Shown here: in pieces, positions 13,651 through 25,622 of the stretch | Position numbering within the stretch: the stretch's first letter is position 1 | Layout: each line of letters opens with the position of its first letter | Origin: Calcarisporiella thermophila CBS 279.70 | Lineage: Eukaryota > Fungi > Calcarisporiellomycota | DNA: 64,000 nucleotides | Assembly: GCF_041956535.1 (NCBI RefSeq) | Contig: NW_027192219.1 | Span: forward strand, 169,376-233,375 | Reading direction: 5' to 3' | Made by a program: the position numbers and the translations under genes | The notes under the pieces: model-generated | Seen by the model: only the letters and a program-made list of their open reading frames with translations | What the model was told of the DNA's origin: nothing | The model's database searches: none

Positions 13651-14923
13651 CTAAAACTCCTCCTCCAGCTTCAACTCAAAGGGCTGCACGTTAAACCGGG
13701 TGGCAAAATCCAGTTCGTCGTGACGCGAGTATCGCGAGAATCCCCTATCATGATCTCGGGGCGCAGGCGAGTAGGGATCGCGAGGGTCGTCCGTGTCCTC
13801 GCTTTCATCGCCCTCGCCAGAGCTCCGAACAAGATCCAAAGAGCTCTCGGGAGAGGATGGCTTATGTGCGCGCGCCTCCGCTCCCTCCCCATCCACCCTC
13901 CTTGAACTCTCCTCTCTGCTTGATTGCACATCACTCGATGGCTTATCCTGACGCCAGATCCTTTCTGCACTCAGCTCCGGCCTATAGGATTTCATCGCCG
14001 CAGCTGCTCTTTCATGTTTTGAGTGCTCTCCGCTGAGGTTGTCCTCCTCATCATGACTACTGTCGTCCTCCAGGGCTTCTCTCCTTCGTCGCCACTTTCT
14101 CCTGTTCCGTAGCATGGGTGCCAGAACATAGTCCAGGAGTAATAGCGAGCCCTTGGAAACATCATTCTGGAGCCAAAAAAGGGCGACGAGTTTATAGATA
14201 GGGTAGGCAGGGAAGAGGCTGTGGATACGGTGAGCACAGGTGTCGAATACTGGACACAGTCACATGAAGGAGGGGAAATCAATAGATAAGCATTAGACCA
14301 TGGTTATCGGATATGTGAGCAGGAACATGGGTAGAAAATAGCAAAACAAGCTCGGCATTCTAGGAGAGAGGTGAGAAATAGGACTTACACTGTAGTACTC
14401 CGTACATAATCCAATAGCAGAGCCATCGTCTCATTTCCTTTCTCCGTTTGGCCTCCTCTTTTCTTTTTTTCGCGTCATTCTCCTTTCCACTATCTTCTTC
14501 TTCTGGGATATAATCGCTCTCCTTCAAGGCTCGCAAGCTTCCCAGCAGAGGCCATAGCACTCCCACTCCAACGGCCAGTTCTTTATACCGTTTCCGATAC
14601 ATCCAAGTCCAGCCCCATCCCGCAGACCCAGCGACCACCAGAAATAATAGGGATGGGGGAACGCCGCATCTTATGAAGAGACGATAAATGTAGCGGCGGT
14701 TTAAAAAATGCTCGTAAACGGCGAGGCGATCGATAAGTGCTTGTCGTAGGAATGTGTCAGTTATTGGAGTGATGTTGAAGGGTGCAGAATCCTCTAGAGA
14801 GACGAGTAGTTTATCGAGAAGTTGTGTGAGCAATCGCCTTGATTTCTTTGGCTGAGCGGGTTTAGGCGAAGACGCAGATTGTGAAGAGGGAGGCAGAGGG
14901 GATTCGATTAGAGACTGCGACAT
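13651..14923 (-). CDS. TB2/DP1/HVA22 (Yop1/REEP-like) membrane protein with acidic tail
   Basis: WLCYWIMYG spliced (intron about 14250-14387) to LFDT...FPAYPIYKLVALFWLQ...GSLLL; hydrophobic hairpin upstream. Confidence 0.75.
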
Positions 14924-15347
14924 GATGTTCTTCGCGTCCGTATTAAAAATAAGGATGATAACTCTAGCGATTGTCGCAAGTCAAAGGATATCGCTAGTAT
15001 ACACAGAGCCTAGAGTTGAATGAGCGTGATGCGTGGAGATTGAGTAGCGGCCGCAGTAATAGATATAAAAAAACAATAAACTACAATATGAAACAAGGTA
15101 GATGGGCCATCACATGTCGAAGGATGAATGGGACTTGTTGAGGACAGCCTAATTTTCCGATGCTTCGATTACTATTGATTTTACTTTCTGGAATATAGAA
15201 TCCAAGGATTTGTGAAAAGTTCCCTCCAAAAAAGAACTAGGAATAAGGATCAATCGTTGATAGCAACAATAAAACAAATAAACTGAACATGCTTAATGAA
15301 GTATATGAAAATGAGCCCCCTATTTTTTGTGAACATCAGCACAAACT

Positions 15348-15400
15348 AATCCCGATAAGTAATCCCAAAAAGCAACCCCGATAAGCAATCCCAATTAAAG
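15348..15400. repeat. Four imperfect 13-bp tandem units (AAyCCCrAwAAGy)
   Basis: aatcccgataagt / aatcccaaaaagc / aaccccgataagc / aatcccaattaaag seen directly. Confidence 0.7.
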
Positions 15401-15557
15401 ACTTGATGGAGTAGAAATAAGAGTATAGTAGAGGTGGATAGCACATGGTAACAGAATAGAAAGGAAAAGAGCGGACTGGAAGTGGTATGTGGTATTATAG
15501 GATTACACGTACTTACATGGATAAGAAGAATTAAGGGGAGGCGGGGGGGGGGGTTGT

Positions 15558-16595
15558 CTAGTGCGAATTTTTTCCAAAGATGCTTGCCAGAGATAATTTA
15601 CGTGTTCTACCTGCTCTAGAATGGGTATATGTGGGTGTGGTCTCCTCGGTGGGCGTGCTTGCCTGCACAAACACTCTCGGCGTGGTCACCGACTGTCTCT
15701 CCCGGTCCTCCAGCTCGCCTTCCATCTCGCCCAGCGGCCCTATCTCCGGCGGAGGGCGCTGTTGCTGCGGCGACAAAGTCAGGTGGATGTTCCGTCTTTC
15801 GCTAAGCGAAGATGTCCCAAAGCTTGCGCCGTCCTTGCTCAGCGAGCGGTATTGGGGGCTTTCCACGGGCATGATGGGCTTCTCGATGGCAACTCTGGTG
15901 CGCCGTTCGTGGTCGCCATGTTTATCGGCGACCATGTTCTCGCCCGCGTCGTCGCGCGCTCGCTCTGGAACAGAGCTCAGCGAGGTCGCGCTCAAACTGG
16001 TCTCGCTCCCCGCGCTGCTTCCTCTCCTCCACCCCGTGCTATCGGATCCCCATCCCCCCACAAGGGAGGCGCTCGACAGGTTCAATCTGTCCAACACCAC
16101 GTCCACGATGTTTCTCTCCAGGCGCGGCCGTAGGCACGCAACCCATCCGTCGCGCTCTGCTTCCGTGCGGGCCTTGAAAACGTAGGTGCGCTCGTCGCTA
16201 TTCTTAGGGTGGAGTTGGAAAGTGTGTAACGTGTCCGAGGATTTCACGTGAGAATTTTGCAGAGAACAGGTCGGCGAGGGGGAGCGCGAGGACGGAGCTG
16301 CGGTGACGGTACAATACCGAGTCAAGTCGATGGTGCCGGTCGGGCGGATATCGTACTAGCATGGGCATGAGAGGATGAGGGGGGATGCGGTGGGAGGGGG
16401 AAAGCAAAGATGGGGTACCTTATTTTTGTAGTATTTGAGCTCATAGCCGTCGAGGACGAACCAGCGCCGGTGCCATATCTTGAACGAATGCCTACTGAGC
16501 TTCAGCAGCCATCCCGCATCCTTCATCCCGCAGCCACTGCTACCACGGCGCAATGCTGGAGGGGCATTCAGCGAGTAGTCCGCTCGCGTCGCCAT
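15558..16595 (-). CDS. PH-domain protein, one intron
   Basis: GWLLKLS...WHRRWFVLDGYELKYYK, then RTYVFKARTEAERDGWV. Confidence 0.85.
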
Positions 16596-17594
16596 CCTAG
16601 AGCTCTAATGTGGGAGTGAGGGTAAACTAAAGAGGAGGAGGCGAATGGCGACTACAGCAATGAGAGGATGGGTAAGGAGCGAATTCGACAATCTCACAAG
16701 AAAGAGGAGGCAAATAAATAAATAAAGCACAAAGGAGGGCGGGAGGCATTGAGTGTGTTCGATTCCTCAACTCTATTTTCAAGTTAGAGTTAATTGCAGA
16801 AGGTGTCATTGTAGCGCGGAGGGTAACCGACACGTGTCAGCACAATAAAATAGGAGAGTGGTACGCAGGTATGCGCTCCGGTGGGGCCAATTTGGTTTGT
16901 ATATATATAGTTAGGGGTGGCCTGGCTTTTCGCATGAGTAATAGGAAATGGCCGTGTTTGCGGGGCGAATGTTCTCGGAACCGTCTTTCGCAAACCTATT
17001 TGCGCAGCCGACCCTGGAAATGGACTCGGATTGCTCCACCAAGACTTCGTGCGCGGAGAACAAGGACACAAAGTTGAATATATTGTTATAGGGCATAACA
17101 AAGGGAAGAGAACAAGGTAAAATTACACAATGGAGGAATACTTGGGTGGGGAGAGAGAGAGAGAGAAGAAAGAGAGAAGAGATAGAGAATAGAGAAAAAG
17201 TAAAGCAATGGAAACAGAAATAGCAACAGAAACAAGAACAATATCAAAAGAAAACCATAAAAAAAACTTTCTTCTAAGTACTCGGTGAAAATTTCCATAA
17301 AAAAACAAAAAGAATCAATGGATGATTATCCACTGCTTCCGCAAACTATAAAGGATTTCCACAAATTGTGCTATAGGCATCGTTGGGATCAAATAAAGAA
17401 AAAGGGAGAGGAAGCGGAAAAGGAAAAAGAAAAAGAAAATAGAAGGCCAATGAAAAAAAAAATAAGATCAAGCAGGCATATGGGTTAGATAAGAAAAGAT
17501 AGAGAAAAACGAAAACGCGCACAAAATAAGCACATACAAACTGCACATCCAAAATGCAGACCCCCCTCCCCCTCCTCCTTCCTTTCTCATAGGC

Positions 17595-19409
17595 TCATCC
17601 GCTCTGCAGCAGTTCTGCCCCCATGGCCTCGACTAATAAAGGGTGCTTTAGAATTTCTCCAACGCTGGGCCGCAGCCCAGGCTCAGGATTCAGCATCTGC
17701 TGAATCAGCTCAAAGAGGATTTTGCCGTTGGACATCATCGGGAACGCCACACCAGAGAAATCGCCTTGTCGAAGCTTTTGCCATTCTGGCCCATGATCGG
17801 GCAGCACGATATCGGCAGCAACCTCCAACATGATTAGGCCTAGACTAAAAACATCAGCAGGCTTGTCGTACTGGCCACTCAAGATCTCGGGTGCCATGTA
17901 CTCGCGGTCACCTTCACGTTCAATTTCCGTTGTCACGGGCCATCGAGTGGCCATTCCAAAGTCACCTATGCGTAATGTGCCCGCGTTGGAAATCAAGACA
18001 TTGGAAGGCTTCAGATCAAGATGGAGCACATGTGAGTCGTGGATGTGGGCAAGCCCCATGGCAAGATCCCCCAGGATCTGCCATATTCGTATTTCCTCTA
18101 TTCGGCCCCCATACTGCTCCAAATAGGTGTCCAAGCTGGAGAAGCAAAAGAAGAAAAAACAACACATGAAGTTGGTTACGGCGTAGGTAAGAGGTGACGA
18201 TGGGGTGCTAACTAACCTTCCGTTTTCGCACAATTCCATTTGCAGATACAAATGCCCAAACTGCTCCCAAGCATCCACCAATTCGATAACGTGTGCATGG
18301 CGGCCCAGGGACCATAGGATATCCACCTCCTCAAGCCGGGAGAGTCTAAACAGAGCAGATTAGAGTGACTGGAAATGCCAAAGAGAGAGCAAAGGGAAAT
18401 TTACCGGTCCTTTGTTCCAATAAACGGGTATTTTGTCTTTTTCACGGCAAACAACCGTCCTGTCGATTTCTCTTGCACCTTGAAAGCTTCCGAAAATTCG
18501 CCATGGCCAAGCCGGGCAATGATGTTAAATTGTGTTTCAAAATAATCTGGACACGCGCCGGTCTCGTTGGTCTGGGAGTCGTATGAAGGATCGCGCATGA
18601 AAAGGGATGCTAACGACGCAAAAAAAAAATAAACATTAAAGCGATACTAAAAAATCCGCTTGTACACAGAGGATATTACTATCGAAATGTCGGTTTCTCC
18701 ACCGCTCTCTAAAGTACTCTCGCCTCAAAAAGTGGGGATATACGGTGAGGAATCCACCGTGTGACATCTGTTGCGTGGGGGTGTTATCTAGAAATAAGAC
18801 TTGGGCAGGGGAGGGGGAGAGTGGGCTTGGGCTCTCTGCGGCCAAATGAGGTTTCTTGGGTCGTTTCGGCTCCGGAAAAGTTCCTTTGTGCTTCCGGTTG
18901 GCTCCCAGGGAGAGCGGAGAACCATCCACTGAGGAGGACGAGGGGGATAGGGAGGAGAGATCCGTGGAAGCACCCGCTATTGGAGTAGTGGGAGAAAATG
19001 AATTTCCTGTGGAGGTTGGGGAGAATGCAAGATTAAAAGCATGGGGGGCACTTGTGATTATCCCGGCAGTGTTTAGTGGAGGGCGCTTGCAGGGTGTATC
19101 CGGCATAGGCTTGTGGAACTCACGGGTGCTCATATTTTTGAGCCGAGTACGTTTGGACAATAGGCCGGTCGACATAAACGCGGTCTCGAGAGGTTTAACC
19201 AGCCCACGGGAGGGCTCAGGAGTGGCCATGACGGTTGAGGGTGGAGGTGATGGAGAGTAGGCAAGTCTAGATGAGGAAGCTACCTTGTTATTGGTGGTTG
19301 TGATGGTGGAAGAATTGGAGGAGCTAGTAGAATTGGGGGTAGGCGAAGCAGGCGCTCGCGTTCGTATAGAGCTACTGCTAGATTTACTACGAGTGATCGC
19401 CATTTCCAT
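17595..19409 (-). CDS. WEE1: Wee1/Swe1-family CDK-inhibitory kinase, spliced
   Basis: LGHGEFSEAF, HLDLKPSN, GDFG, EREGDREYMAPE, GPEWQKLRQGD. N-terminal AFMSTGLLSK and PDTPCKR motifs. Confidence 0.92.
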
Positions 19410-19971
19410 GCTGGATCATCCGCCCTCTGCGGTCTTGACGATGGATCGACGGTAGAATTTTAAGAAGGCGGCGAGATGACTGTGACTGATGACTGGCCCT
19501 ATAACGATTAAAATAGATGTGACTTGCAAAGAATAAGCCAGAAAGGGCGATCAGATCCTTGAATTAAATAATGAGAGATAGAAGCGAAAGAATCAACGCG
19601 AAATGAAGGAGAAATGAATATATAATCTGAAAAAAATGGGCTAAGGAGCTAATCAACCTAAGAATAACGTACTACACCACAAAAAGTCGCTTACAAGAGG
19701 GAAAAAAAGACCTTTGTCGAAAAACCCAAGCCACTAAATTGCTTTTTTTTTCATTGATGGTATTGAAACGAAATCAAAAGCACCATGATCTCCAATTTTG
19801 ATATTTGATGAAGGGTGCTGTTTGGTGGATGAGACCAGGTATTGCCACAAAGCAAAGTTCACCGTAATCCCATGAAAAGAAAGCAAGGAATAAAAGATCT
19901 CTTCCCATACACAAAAAGAAACCAAGCGTTCGTTTATGTTATTAAGTGTTTATTTATAAACAAGAAAAGGT

Positions 19972-20644
19972 TTAATTCTTGGGGGCTTCTTTGTAGGAAG
20001 CCACAGCCTCTTCTCCCATTGCAGTGAGCACAGAGACAACGAGGTCCTTGCCGTCATCGAAATCAGCCTGGAGCTTCTCGCCAAGTTCTCCTTCGGGAAG
20101 GCGCACATCATCCTTGGTGGTACCATCGTTGTCCATGAGGGACAGAAAGCCGTCGTCGATGTCGATAAGAGAGTATTCATTGCGGTTGACCACGGGAACG
20201 TCCATGTTGTGGGTGGAGGGGGAGATATCTATTTAACGGTGCAAGGCATTAGAGTGAATAAATTAAAAATGCTCTGAGCCATATCGGCATTAGCCACTCA
20301 CCTTCAAGCTTCTTGGAGGTGAAGATGTCAATAGCGACCAAGTGAACTTTGGCGTGTCCGTGCTTGCCGGTCTTGGAGGTAGACATGTCCACGATCTTGC
20401 ACGGGCGGCCCTTGATCACCACGTAACCGTTCTTGCGGAGGGCAGAGCATTGCATGGGAACTAGTTATGGCATCACGATATCAGTAAAGGATTATCCCGA
20501 CCTGGTTTTTTGAGGATATATGAAAAAACCACCCTCTAAACCCAAACAAAAGAGCGGTGACTACGAAAAGAAAGAAAACATACAGGTTTGGGAGGCACCG
20601 GAGCCGCTCTGCTCGAAATCATGATCGTGCTCGTGGTCAGACAT
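19972..20644 (-). CDS. eIF5A: Translation factor eIF5A, three exons
   Basis: Hypusination motif [12 protein letters not shown]; PSTHNMDVP; C-terminal AMGEEA. Confidence 0.97.
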
Positions 20645-20988
20645 TATCGGTGTGTTGTTTTCGTTAAGAAATGAAGAAGAAAGTGCAGGAATGCGAAAAG
20701 AGGGGAGATGAAGACAGCAAACCACTATCCCGTAAAGCAATGAGGAAGAAAGTCAGAAAATTTCAAAAAACTGCTTAATGTAAACAACGGGAAAAGCATT
20801 GCTGCGCCGCGACTTCTTTTTTTCGAGAAGAGAAAAGCAAGTGATACAGAGATCCATTTTTTTGTTCCGAACTCTGTAACCACCTCCGGTCTCTATTTGC
20901 CTACGCTTTTTCTTTCATTCGCATTGGCAAAGAAATCCGACAAAAGAAAAGCACATACAACCTCCCCCATCCCCCCACACATTTGAGC

Positions 20989-22308
20989 ATGGGCGATATT
21001 GCAGAAAGAATTCAAATGGCCCGCCATGAGGCCGAGGCTCTCAAAGAAAAGATCCGTAAAAAGAAAGAAGCCCTCGCAGACACCACGTTGCGGTCCATGG
21101 CAAAGGACATTGTAAGTGACACGAGAAGAGTTTAACTATTATTGTTCCTTCCATGGGTTTTAACTGGGCGTGCATTTTCTAGGATCCGCTTCCTAGATTA
21201 ACTATGCGCACCCGCAGAACACTTCGTGGCCACCTTGCTAAAATATACGCCATGCATTGGGCCATGGATCGCCGCCACCTAGTTTCAGCTTCTCAAGATG
21301 GCAAACTAATCGTATGGGATGCGTTTTCCACACATAAGCTTCAAGCAATCCCGCTTCGCTCCTCATGGGTTATGACGTGCGCATTTTCACCATCGGGCGA
21401 GCTGATTGCTAGTGGAGGCCTTGACAACATTTGCTCGATTTACAGTTTGCGGGCGGCAAGAGAACAAATCAAGCCGGGCAGAGAACTGTGTGCACATACC
21501 GGCTATTTGAGCTGCTGCCGATTTTTGGATGATCACCGGATTGTAACCTCATCTGGAGATATGACATGTATGCTATGGGATATTGACGCGGGCGTAAAAA
21601 TTGACGAGTTTAGAGATCACTCCGGAGACGTAATGAGGTAACCCAATCACAGCAACCCTCTGCAATCTATTGGTGTTGCTTAACTTGACCGCCCCCTCCG
21701 TATATAGTATTTCACTTTCCCCCACCAACCCGAACCTATTTGTGTCGGGAGCCTGCGATGCCAGTGCTAAGCTGTGGGATATGCGCACAAAGCGGTGCGT
21801 TCAAACATTTACCGGTCACGAATCAGACATCAATGCCGTACAGTGAGTGAAGTTTTCGGAATCCGTGTTTGACCTGGACTCGTCCTTAGGCCATCCCATT
21901 TTACAATGATAGATTTTTCCCGAATGGCGATTCCTTCGGGAGTGGGTCAGACGATGCCTCCTGCCGCCTCTTTGACCTCCGTGCGGATCGAGAACTAAAC
22001 CAGTATACACATGAGAGCATCGCATGTGGAATAACGTCGATTGCTTTTTCTGTAAGCGGCCGACTTTTATTCGCTGGCTACGACAACTTCGAGTGCAATG
22101 CTTGGGATACGATTAAAGGGGAGCGGGTGGGGATCCTCCTAGGGCATGAGAATCGAATTAGTTGTCTTGGGACTTCGAGTGATGGGATGGCGCTGTGTAC
22201 AGGGAGTTGGGACAGTGTGCTCAGAGTAAGTAGCAGGCCCCCTCTTTGACTGCTTAGCGATTCAATTTGAGTAACCCCCACTTTACTTGATTTTAGGTAT
22301 GGGCTTAA
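20989..22308 (+). CDS. Heterotrimeric G-protein beta subunit (WD40), spliced
   Basis: [58 protein letters not shown]. Confidence 0.97.
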
Positions 22309-22883
22309 TTTCAGAGCAAATTCGATTTTTTTTTTTCTCTTCCTAATATTTCAGAGCATGCTTGGATATTTTTATATTCAACAAATACCTATTTATCTTT
22401 CTTTTCTAACTGTGCTTGTTTTTTTTTTTTCATTTTCTTTAATTGTCTGTTGTTCTCACTTCACTCTGTGCTTTCATATATATAATATGTTTTTCTTTTC
22501 TCCTTTTTATTGACTAATTTTTTTTTTCAAATTGAAATTCTTCGTCTGTGTTAATTTATTTATTATAATGTGTTTTTTTTCTTAATTGCGTCTTTTTATA
22601 TATTCACTATGATCATACTGCAAGGAATATTTTTCTGTGTAGAATGGTTAGAGCGCAAAATTTGAAGGGCCGTGCGCGAGCAGAGGCCATCGATGCGAAG
22701 CTGATCCTCTGCTAATATGGAAAAAAGAAATTTTCGAAAAATAGACAAGACATTTTAAAAATCGCTTTGCACCCCAAATCACGACCTTTTCTTCCTTTGC
22801 TTTACCTTGTGTTCTTCTCTCGTGTTGCTATCGTCTTTACTCCTCTTGTTTCGCCTTTCTTTTCTTTTTTTAACTTGAATCAA

Positions 22884-24239
22884 ATGAAGGGATTGAAGGC
22901 ATACTTTGCGGTGCTCATCCTCTTGCTCCTCGTAGTGTGCTCTTTCGCGGAGGATTCGCAAGAGGACCAAGACGAAGACTACGACCAAGACTATGAGCAG
23001 CATTACGCCGACCAATACGAGCACCACTATGAGCACCTGTATGATTCCCCCTTCGACCACCAGTACCAACAAGCAGACCAAAAGAATGACCAGCAACAGC
23101 AAGCCAAGAGCGTCCTCGACGCCCTCAAGGAGAGCGAGAGCACGTCTCTCTTGAGCAAGTTGTTGTCGGAATCCGAGTACGCCCCCATCGTCGACTTCCT
23201 GCAGTCGGGGAGCAACTTCACCATCTTTGCCCCGAACCGCGACGCGATTCAGGACCACCTCTACCGAGTGGTGGGGGGAGACAAAGGGATGATCTCCGCC
23301 CTGTTGCAGGTAGGAAGAACTTGAAGCGTGGTTCCAAGCTGCACAAGACCCATACTCACGCTATTTTCCTTCCCCCCCACTCTCTCCCTTTTCCCATAGT
23401 ACCATATTGTCAACGGCACTTATAAGGCCTCTACGCTCAATGACACCATCCTCTTCCCCCCCACGCTGCTTAATTCGTCAAAGTACGTTCGTCTCCCCAA
23501 CAACGGCAGTCAGGTCGTGGGTCTGCTCAAGAATTCGAGCACGCTGATGGTGAATTACGGGCTCGGAACGGCCCACGTCGTCAAGGCCGATATGGAGGTG
23601 AGAAATGGGGTGGTGCATGTCATTGACAGGGTCATGTGGATCCCACAGAACATCTCTGCCATGGTGTGGGAGGCTGGTCTGGAGAGCGGAATTGGGTACT
23701 CGCTGAACCGCGCGAATCTGACCGCGGAGGTGGAGCGGATGGAGGGCGCAACCGTATTCATGCCCATCGATGAGGCGTTCTCCGAGTTTGCGGCAACGCA
23801 CGCGGCCAACCATTCCAGCAACGCCACGTCGGCCAACAACTCCACCGCGAGGCTCAGCTTGAACGATACCGCCACGCTAACCCAGATCCTCAAGTACCAC
23901 ATACTCTCCTCCCCCCACAACAGCACCGCCCGTCTCCCGTACTACTCGAGCTCGCTGAAGAACGGCACCTACGTTACCTCCCAGGGGGGCAACATCACCG
24001 TGGAGGTGCGTGACGACGGCAACGTGAGGCTAAGGGACGGGGCAAACAACACCGCCAACATAGTGCGTTTCGATGTTCTGACCTCGAACGGCGTGGTACA
24101 CTTTATCGACCGAGTGCTAGTGCCGCCGGTTGGGAGCGGGCAGGGCGGAGCGGGGCAGCGGTCGGCGGGGGCCATTCTCTCAGTAACCACCGCGGTTTGC
24201 ATGGGACTGTTTATGATGGCTTTCAGTGCTCTACTCTAG
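22884..24239 (+). CDS. Secreted, probably GPI-anchored, two-domain fasciclin (FAS1) protein
   Basis: Signal peptide; TIFAPN, YHI, NGVVHVIDRV and NGVVHFIDRVL motifs; many N-x-S/T sites; hydrophobic C-terminus. Intron 23310-23399. Confidence 0.9.
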
Positions 24240-24402
24240 CTTGATGCTCACCCTCCCCCCCTCCCCTCTCTCCCTCCCTCCCTCCTTTCTGTGTCATATA
24301 ATACTAAAATTACTGATGTTAAATTAATTGCCTATTTCCTATACATTGCCCTGTCATATAACAGATTTTAAATAAATGTAGTGTTTTAGATGGTTTTCAG
24401 AA

Positions 24403-24595
24403 GCACATTCTCTAAGACATGGTGATGAGAAATTGACACCTCTATTTGGTAACCGTGATTAGAAAACAAAGCGTGAGTGCATAGCAACAGAAGATGATTC
24501 ATCTAGTGACCGACTCGAAGTCATGCTCGATAAACCGAGGGACACCCGGGACTTTCTCGAGCTCACGCGCTCTTGAGTTGCTAGTCATCACATTT
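24403..24595 (+). ncRNA. Probable box H/ACA snoRNA
   Basis: Hairpin 1 (gcac/gtgc, tctaa/ttaga, catggt/accgtg), H box ATAGCA at 24481-24486, hairpin 2 (gatga/tcatc, ctagtgac/gttgctag), then ACA at 24590-24592 followed by TTT. G-U pairs favour the + strand. Confidence 0.5.
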
Positions 24596-24671
24596 TCAAT
24601 TCCAGTATATACAAAATAGGCGATAGTGGGTAAGGGGACCATGCGTTTTATTGGGGAGTTGCCTTAACACA

Positions 24672-25385
24672 CAAAAAATATGGGAATCCACGAGAGTATT
24701 AATGGTGGGTCGTTTTACTCTCTCTCCCAGCTCTCACTGTATAGGGATGTTTAGCTTAATAGTAATAAAGTAATTTTTAACTTAGATTAGAGAGGTTAAA
24801 AATAGAACATCCCGAGCTTGCCAAAACCTCTCTCAAGGAGAAGAGGAGCAGACACCCGAATTATGGGAGAAGCTGCCCCTCAAAGTATTCCTATAATCGA
24901 GCCGGCCTTTTGTCCAGCGGGTCGCCATCCTAGACTCTCTCATGGGGCCCTGATAAAGGATGCAGGCCACTTCGGCTCATAGCACCCGGCCACCATATTG
25001 CGTTTCGGAGTCTCTCGATCCAGCTTCAAGGGTCGGATTGGGCCAGCGCCGCGTTTGTGGATTTCCGCTGCCTACTCCGGGAAGAGTAGCAATTAGCGTG
25101 GCCTAGCGACTGAGAAGGGCCCGTTGAAAGCGAGTTTGAAATCGAACCCTCCGCCGAGAACCAAGAGGCCACGAGGGGCTATGGCTTGGCACCGCGCGCC
25201 TCCCTCTCCAACTGCTTACATCGACTGTTCAGGCCGAGCTTTCTCCTTTTTAAGAACTCGCTGTGCTAAGTTGCGCGGTACTCAGAACCTTACTGCCGCA
25301 TCTCGAGTTAAAAATAAACAAATTCAGGTTCAGAGGGAAAGCGGTGGCTTTGGCCGCCCCGATTGGGAGTTGTAGAACCCTAATC
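24672..25385 (-). ncRNA. Highly structured non-coding RNA locus; candidate telomerase RNA
   Basis: No credible CDS, GC-rich, many stems. Template-like CUGAACCUGAA (25323-25333), U/A-rich H-type pseudoknot (24773-24833), Sm-like AUUUUUUG (24672-24679). Identity is inferred only. Confidence 0.35.
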
Positions 25386-25622
25386 TTTTTGCAATCGCCA
25401 TAAAAATGAGGATAGCTTCAGTGTTTTCAAGTGTAGCCTTTCGTAGCGAGTGCTATTTTATTTTGCCGAGCTTGTTTCTGCCTCTGCGAGCTAGCCCGTC
25501 GCCCCTCTTCTAATTTGCCCGGCCCTCCCTCCTCTCCCCTTCTCGATTCTAGCATTAGCCTAAAGAAGCGTCTCCATTTCCGCCGGAGAGTGACCTCCTA
25601 CCAGAGTTGCCAAAATCAATTT

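Noticed and set aside
24546-24558. GAAAGUCCCGG on the minus strand resembling RNase MRP CR-I
   Set aside because: No partner GGGGCU P4 strand or CR-V found downstream.
24885-24996. GUAUUCCUA resembling snR30/U17 motif m1
   Set aside because: No proper AAACCAU m2, closing stem or ACA box in the required position.
25377-25384. AACCCTAAT as a TTAGGG telomerase template on the + strand
   Set aside because: Only 8 matching nt, and it lies at the 3' end of the structured block just before the KEX1-like gene, with no pseudoknot downstream. More likely a telo-box promoter motif or chance.
25427-25436. TCAAGTGTAG resembling U2 snRNA
   Set aside because: Flanks do not continue the U2 sequence; isolated 10-mer.
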